From a virus (lineage: Duplodnaviria > Caudoviricetes), in the IMG/VR virus record IMGVR_UViG_3300028804_000001, positions 128,001 to 192,000 of that record: DNA of 64,000 nt; one strand, 5' to 3'. The position numbers were made by a program, and so were the translations under genes. Within the stretch, counting starts at the first letter, position 1. Every line of letters begins with the position of its first letter. This document shows, piece by piece, positions 59,518 through 64,000 of this stretch. Under the pieces are notes generated by a model. That model was given only the letters and a program-made list of their open reading frames with translations, made no database searches and had not been told where the DNA came from.

Positions 59518-60359
59518 GAATCAGCCTGAGAAAACTCAAGGTTCTCGTTCTCAGTAAAGATACGCTTCTTAGTCTTGAACTTCTTATCTTTACGTAAACG
59601 CTCACGGAGCTTCTCAGCAGATTCTGTAAGTGCTTCAGCAGGTATTCCTTTTTCTCTGAGATCCGGTGGCATATTACGCTGCTCGCCTGGGGTAAGTTTC
59701 ATAGTCTTAACCTTACCCATTCGAACGTTCTGTAGATTCAGATAAACATCAACTCCTGTCGAGTACTGCATAAGACCGAGGAAATCCAACCGTTCGTGGA
59801 AGGTTAATCCGCGGTAATATTCATACATTGTGGGAGCATTAAGCATTACAAAGGAGTCATACAGTCCATCTAAAGAAGATGCATATCTCTTTTGAGCCAG
59901 TTCTACTTTCTTAGATAGCTTTAGTTCCTCATCCCTGAGATCGAATTCGAATCCGGAGATTCTTTGTATAATATCAAATAGACTCTTCCAGAAGAGTGGC
60001 CTTCTCTTACACAGGCCAATAAGATTAAAGTTCTCTGGATCTGTAAGAACAACTGATTCTTTTATGATTCTAGTAATGATCAGTGGATCATTATAGAACA
60101 TTGTAGATATCTTCCAGGTCTTATAATCAAGAGCCTGTATATAAATATTCTCTGGGAACTCTATTCCCAGAGACTGGATGATAGTTTTAGGAACTGCCAC
60201 ATGATCGTATGTGGCAGCATATCCATAATGTTTTGGATTGTGCCGGCGGTAGTAATCAGGATCTATAAAAGGAACATTTCTATAAATGAACCTTGGATCG
60301 GTGAAGAACTCTACCCTGGCCTGCGTTACAGGTATTTTATAAACAAGTCCTTCTGACAC
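59514..60359 (-). CDS. Putative tail assembly chaperone (second of pair, 281 aa)
   Basis: GTG start with GGAG upstream; directly upstream of the tape-measure-position gene. IYIQALDY...IIKESVVL...LFDIIQRISGF parallels the upstream gene. Confidence 0.5.
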   Translation of the reverse strand: MSEGLVYKIPVTQARVEFFTDPRFIYRNVPFIDPDYYRRHNPKHYGYAATYDHVAVPKTIIQSLGIEFPENIYIQALDYKTWKISTMFYNDPLIITRIIKESVVLTDPENFNLIGLCKRRPLFWKSLFDIIQRISGFEFDLRDEELKLSKKVELAQKRYASSLDGLYDSFVMLNAPTMYEYYRGLTFHERLDFLGLMQYSTGVDVYLNLQNVRMGKVKTMKLTPGEQRNMPPDLREKGIPAEALTESAEKLRERLRKDKKFKTKKRIFTENENLEFSQADS

Positions 60360-60362
60360 ACG

Positions 60363-61055
60363 TTATACTCCGCGGTCATCAGGATTCTCATCCGGATTAA
60401 CATCTGTATCTGCATTAAAGATTCCCTTGATATCTGTTCCAGAGATATCAATTTCTTCTGCATCAATAAGAGGCGGGAAGTAACCAGATAATGATGTAAT
60501 AGCTTTATAGCATTCTGCAAAGTCTCCAGGTTTAATAGCGCCGGAGTCTATGATATCTCTCATGTTCTCTGGATAGAGAGTAAAAGTAGATACCATGGTT
60601 CTTTCAAGAATACGATCTCTATCGCCAACAGTCATCCCAGCTTTAGCAGGATCAATTCCTCTCTTCTTGAAGTCTGCCTTAAGTTGTTCAAGGAATGATT
60701 CAACCTGCTCTTCTACTTCTGTATTAAGCTGCTCAGAATCATTAAGATCCATAGAGCGAACAATGTAAGCTCTAGGCCCCTTAATCCCATTGCAGAAGAT
60801 AGATACAATGTCGATATGAGGAGCGTATTCCTTCCTGAACTTTGCTTTCATATCCCTGATCTTCTGCTGAAGACTGATGATCTGCTGGCGCATTTCCTCT
60901 TCAGGATCTTTAGGGTGTTCGGGAGTTACTTCTGTTACGGTTACTTTTTGAGGGGCTTCTGCACTAGCTGATTCATCCCAGGCATATTCAACATCAGGTG
61001 TATCCTGACTATCAACTTGCTCTACTTGATCTTTCTCAGCTTTCTGTTTAGGCAT
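60363..61055 (-). CDS. Putative tail assembly chaperone (first of pair, 230 aa)
   Basis: ATG with GAGGA RBS; acidic disordered ends; core AYIVRSMD...MVSTFTLYPE...KPGDFAECYKAITSLSGY; chaperone position in the gene order. Confidence 0.5.
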   Translation of the reverse strand: MPKQKAEKDQVEQVDSQDTPDVEYAWDESASAEAPQKVTVTEVTPEHPKDPEEEMRQQIISLQQKIRDMKAKFRKEYAPHIDIVSIFCNGIKGPRAYIVRSMDLNDSEQLNTEVEEQVESFLEQLKADFKKRGIDPAKAGMTVGDRDRILERTMVSTFTLYPENMRDIIDSGAIKPGDFAECYKAITSLSGYFPPLIDAEEIDISGTDIKGIFNADTDVNPDENPDDRGV

Positions 61056-61064
61056 ACTATCCTC

Positions 61065-63998
61065 TTAATCTATTTTGTATCCGCTTAAAGCAAAAGACCC
61101 TTCTTTTTTATTAACCCCATACTTCAAGATAGCTGTCTTCGAAGGTGAGGTAGAAACAAATCTCACATATGCCATATCTTTATCAGATGGATCTGTAAAT
61201 GCCGGCTTCTGTAATACTGATTTTGAATCCCTAGAAGTATAGAACCTTTTGCTTGCTACTTGTATTCTATCTACATCGGCATTGTTAAAGTCGAGCATTT
61301 TTTTACTGAGAAGTGCTACTACGTAGGATACGAAGGATCGTTTGCCGTCTTCCCCAGCACCAAACCTAGCTTCGGTCGATTTGTTTATTCTGGTTATAAG
61401 GCTTTCTGCAGTAGCTCCGGAACCAAACACAACATCTCTTCCTATACTATTATGGAGATCCTTTCCTCTACCTCTATCAGTGGTTATAATATTAGTATCA
61501 TAAGCACTCTTACTAAAATAGGAATATAAGTCCTCTGCGGCTTTTCTTAGATGTACATTTACATAGACTTCGCCAGAGAATCCAACGGCATTCTTAAGAT
61601 CGTATTCAATTGTTCTTTCTTGATCGAACATTGAATCTTCTTCAGCAGGATTTCTCTGATCCTCTGGCTGAACTGAAAGAGCCAACGGGGTAGCAACCGT
61701 GCTTGGATTCTTACCAAACAAATCTTTGAATACCTTAACAGGACCACCTACCAGGCTCTTGAAATAGCCTACCCATTCTTTAATAGCTCCAGAGCTTGTT
61801 CCAAATAAAGCCTGGAGATCCTGGCTAAGATTTGTTTTACCGGTCTCTCCAGTTATATGCTGCTGTAGAGCGCCTACACCATCATCCATTTTTATGTTAG
61901 CATACTTCTGAAGCTCTCGAGCATATCTGAGTACGCCTCGAAGTTTATCAAACTTAAAGTTAACTGGAAGAGTAACTGCAGGATTTGGTTGAGAAGGGCC
62001 AGATGTCGAGCTGGAGAATCCAATACCATTCTGGCCAATCTCCACATTAAAGTTAACATCGATCTCATTATCTACTGGTTCACCAGCTACGAAGTTTAAG
62101 AAGGTGTCCAATAAGCCTTCTTGGATATCGTATGTTTTGAAATCAGTTCTTATATAAGTTTCGTAGTTTACTTTACGGCCAACTGGGTAAGTAAAATGAA
62201 AACCAGGATTTGTAAATCTACTGATTTGATCATTAACAGATTCAACAGTAGACAGTGTATCATTGTCCTTAACTTCTGTAGAAAAGCCTTTGAAGTTAAC
62301 AAATGAATATCTCCTTTTCTCATCCTCTATCTTCTTCTTAAGAATATCTTTCATATTCTGAAAGTTGGGGTAAGTAGATATGAGGCAGAAGTATTGAACA
62401 AAGATATAAGGATCTTGATCAGTAACTACTGAGTCTCTTTTAAGGCCCAGCTTGTGGATCATAGAGAATGATATATCATTAGATAAGCCAACTGGATTTA
62501 ACCCAGATGCATTCTTAATGAGATAATCAAAATGAATTCTATATGGTGTATTAATAATGCTATTTAATTCTCCGGCACTATCATCTGCCATTTCGGAGAG
62601 CATCTTTAAAACAAGATCTCGACCTGTATTATTTCTCCATCTACTATCCATGGAAGAAATATTAAGTCCAGTCTGCTTATCAATTAACTCTGCATACTTT
62701 CTATAGTTAAGAATTACAGGAATGATATGCATTGTTTTCTCAATGCCAGTAAAGTCAGAAGAAGCTAATGGGTTAGTCTTATATGTTTTTGTTATAAGAC
62801 TAGCAAGCTCGTTAGGGAAATACGAGTTGTATGTAAAGTCCTGCTGCCCTACTTTAATAAGATCGTCCAGATCATCTGGTCCATAAAAGAATGATGCAAT
62901 AGGGAAGAATACAAAGTCCTTTCCATCCTGTCCTACAAACGATTTCTTAAGTTCTTCTGAAGATGAGCCGGCTAGTTTTAACTCACCAGTCTTCCTGAAT
63001 CCTTCTAAAGAATCCTTCTTAAGAACTCTATCTAAAAGATAAACTGGAGTTGGTTTAACTATTTCTACTTTATAAGTTTCGCCCTGTTTTGTTGCTCTGA
63101 TATTTTGTGTAGGATCAAAGAATGTAAAAGAGAAAACAGGAAGTTTAACAGTAACATCCTTAAGTCGGTTTACTCTTTCTCCCTGCGTATCAGGATAAAG
63201 AGGAGCAAAGCCGGGCTTATTAGATGGGACAATATTCTCTAAAACTGTAGTGGGTTCTGAAAGAGATAGGAATGAATTAGTAAATCCAGATCTAAATCTA
63301 TCATTATAAGTTCCAGCTGTTAAAGAGAACAACTGCCTAACAGGAATCCCGGATCCTCTCATTTGTGGTGGAGATGGAGCTATATCTCCCACAATATCAA
63401 ATCCAATATATTGCATAATCTCATGATCAATATGCTGGATTTCTCCCGAGTGATTATTTAATACTACAGGATATTTAATACCAGCTGCATTGTTTGGCAG
63501 GCTTACTCCATTAACAACAGTGTTAGTATCGATAGGAGTTCCACTTTTATCAATAGGAAATGAAGGAGAGTTAGTATCTATGGCTCCTGTTATTACATCA
63601 GTTTTAAAAGCATAGACCGGAACATTAACAAGGAAGTATTCTGGTGTTTCAAAGGAGATAACAATCTTATTGATTGTAGCTTCTTCCCCATAGTTATTAG
63701 CACCAACACGTACAGCACCGCCATAACCTATCTGGCTAGACTTATCAATCTCTCCCGATATATCGGATCCACTATCACGATTACTTACATTCTCAAAGCT
63801 AATGTAAGGTATATCGAGGAAGCCGCGTTTCTTACCTGCTATGTTAAGAGTTCCATCAGGATTAGTAATAGATGAATAATCTACAGAACTAGCCACATCA
63901 AATAGTGTTAGCTTGCGTCCTTGTTTAGTTTGATCTGCAAGAATATCGCTTACAGCTTTCTTGTTATCAAGTCCATACCCATTTACCAGTTTAGTAGT
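61065..63998 (-). CDS. Large uncharacterised protein, 5'-truncated (>977 aa)
   Basis: The frame of the tracked 943-aa ORF stays open upstream of the GTG at 63896 to the window edge (TTKLVNGYGLDNKKAVSDILADQTKQGRKLTLFDVASS...). The true start probably lies outside the window. Confidence 0.7.
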   Translation of the reverse strand, partial: TTKLVNGYGLDNKKAVSDILADQTKQGRKLTLFDVASSVDYSSITNPDGTLNIAGKKRGFLDIPYISFENVSNRDSGSDISGEIDKSSQIGYGGAVRVGANNYGEEATINKIVISFETPEYFLVNVPVYAFKTDVITGAIDTNSPSFPIDKSGTPIDTNTVVNGVSLPNNAAGIKYPVVLNNHSGEIQHIDHEIMQYIGFDIVGDIAPSPPQMRGSGIPVRQLFSLTAGTYNDRFRSGFTNSFLSLSEPTTVLENIVPSNKPGFAPLYPDTQGERVNRLKDVTVKLPVFSFTFFDPTQNIRATKQGETYKVEIVKPTPVYLLDRVLKKDSLEGFRKTGELKLAGSSSEELKKSFVGQDGKDFVFFPIASFFYGPDDLDDLIKVGQQDFTYNSYFPNELASLITKTYKTNPLASSDFTGIEKTMHIIPVILNYRKYAELIDKQTGLNISSMDSRWRNNTGRDLVLKMLSEMADDSAGELNSIINTPYRIHFDYLIKNASGLNPVGLSNDISFSMIHKLGLKRDSVVTDQDPYIFVQYFCLISTYPNFQNMKDILKKKIEDEKRRYSFVNFKGFSTEVKDNDTLSTVESVNDQISRFTNPGFHFTYPVGRKVNYETYIRTDFKTYDIQEGLLDTFLNFVAGEPVDNEIDVNFNVEIGQNGIGFSSSTSGPSQPNPAVTLPVNFKFDKLRGVLRYARELQKYANIKMDDGVGALQQHITGETGKTNLSQDLQALFGTSSGAIKEWVGYFKSLVGGPVKVFKDLFGKNPSTVATPLALSVQPEDQRNPAEEDSMFDQERTIEYDLKNAVGFSGEVYVNVHLRKAAEDLYSYFSKSAYDTNIITTDRGRGKDLHNSIGRDVVFGSGATAESLITRINKSTEARFGAGEDGKRSFVSYVVALLSKKMLDFNNADVDRIQVASKRFYTSRDSKSVLQKPAFTDPSDKDMAYVRFVSTSPSKTAILKYGVNKKEGSFALSGYKID

Positions 63999-64000
63999 GA

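Larger units (their letters stand above)
1..64000 (-). other. Tail/baseplate morphogenesis module of a large contractile-tailed phage (or prophage)
   Basis: Uniform strand, near-100% coding, and the gene order chaperones > tape-measure position > hub > spike > gp25 > J > wedge > fibre > fibre chaperone. Confidence 0.9.

Noticed and set aside
1702-62306. Dozens of 60-184-aa plus-strand ORFs and short alternative-frame minus ORFs in the track
   Set aside because: All lie within long coupled minus-strand genes, have Ser/Ile/Leu-biased antisense-shadow composition, and show no recognisable motifs.
63894-63896. GTG start assigned to the 943-aa ORF
   Set aside because: The frame is open upstream to the window edge, so the gene is probably 5'-truncated.
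1-64000. Alternative genetic code (stop-codon reassignment), as in some large phages
   Set aside because: The standard code already gives near-complete coding density with multi-kilobase ORFs, and TGA and TAG both act as stops at gene junctions.

Overview
The whole 64 kb is one almost gap-free, minus-strand, translationally coupled gene block. It reads as the tail/baseplate module of a large contractile-tailed (myovirus-like) phage or prophage. In transcription order (right to left) it holds: a 5'-truncated large protein; two paralogous tail-assembly-chaperone-like genes; a 2019-aa protein in the tape-measure position; a 2780-aa protein; a short intergenic region with a possible terminator and an unannotated 39-aa ORF; a 1692-aa protein with a complete EEP nuclease/phosphatase motif set; a 3050-aa baseplate-hub-like protein with membrane segments; spike-, gp25- and baseplate-J-like genes; a wedge protein with an EF-hand/dockerin pair; a C39+CHAP double cysteine peptidase; about 10 uncharacterised structural genes (several paralogous); a 2717-aa nested-domain tail fibre; and its 3'-truncated assembly chaperone. 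The main finding is that the 2780-aa protein next to the tape-measure-position gene carries, in the correct order, divergent versions of the catalytic motifs of two-barrel RNA polymerases (ED; K...K; R...DxDxD). It is a candidate single-chain, virion-injected RNA polymerase in a contractile-tail phage. All functional calls come from reading motifs and gene order by eye; no database search was run. I found no tRNA, rRNA, CRISPR array or mobile element.
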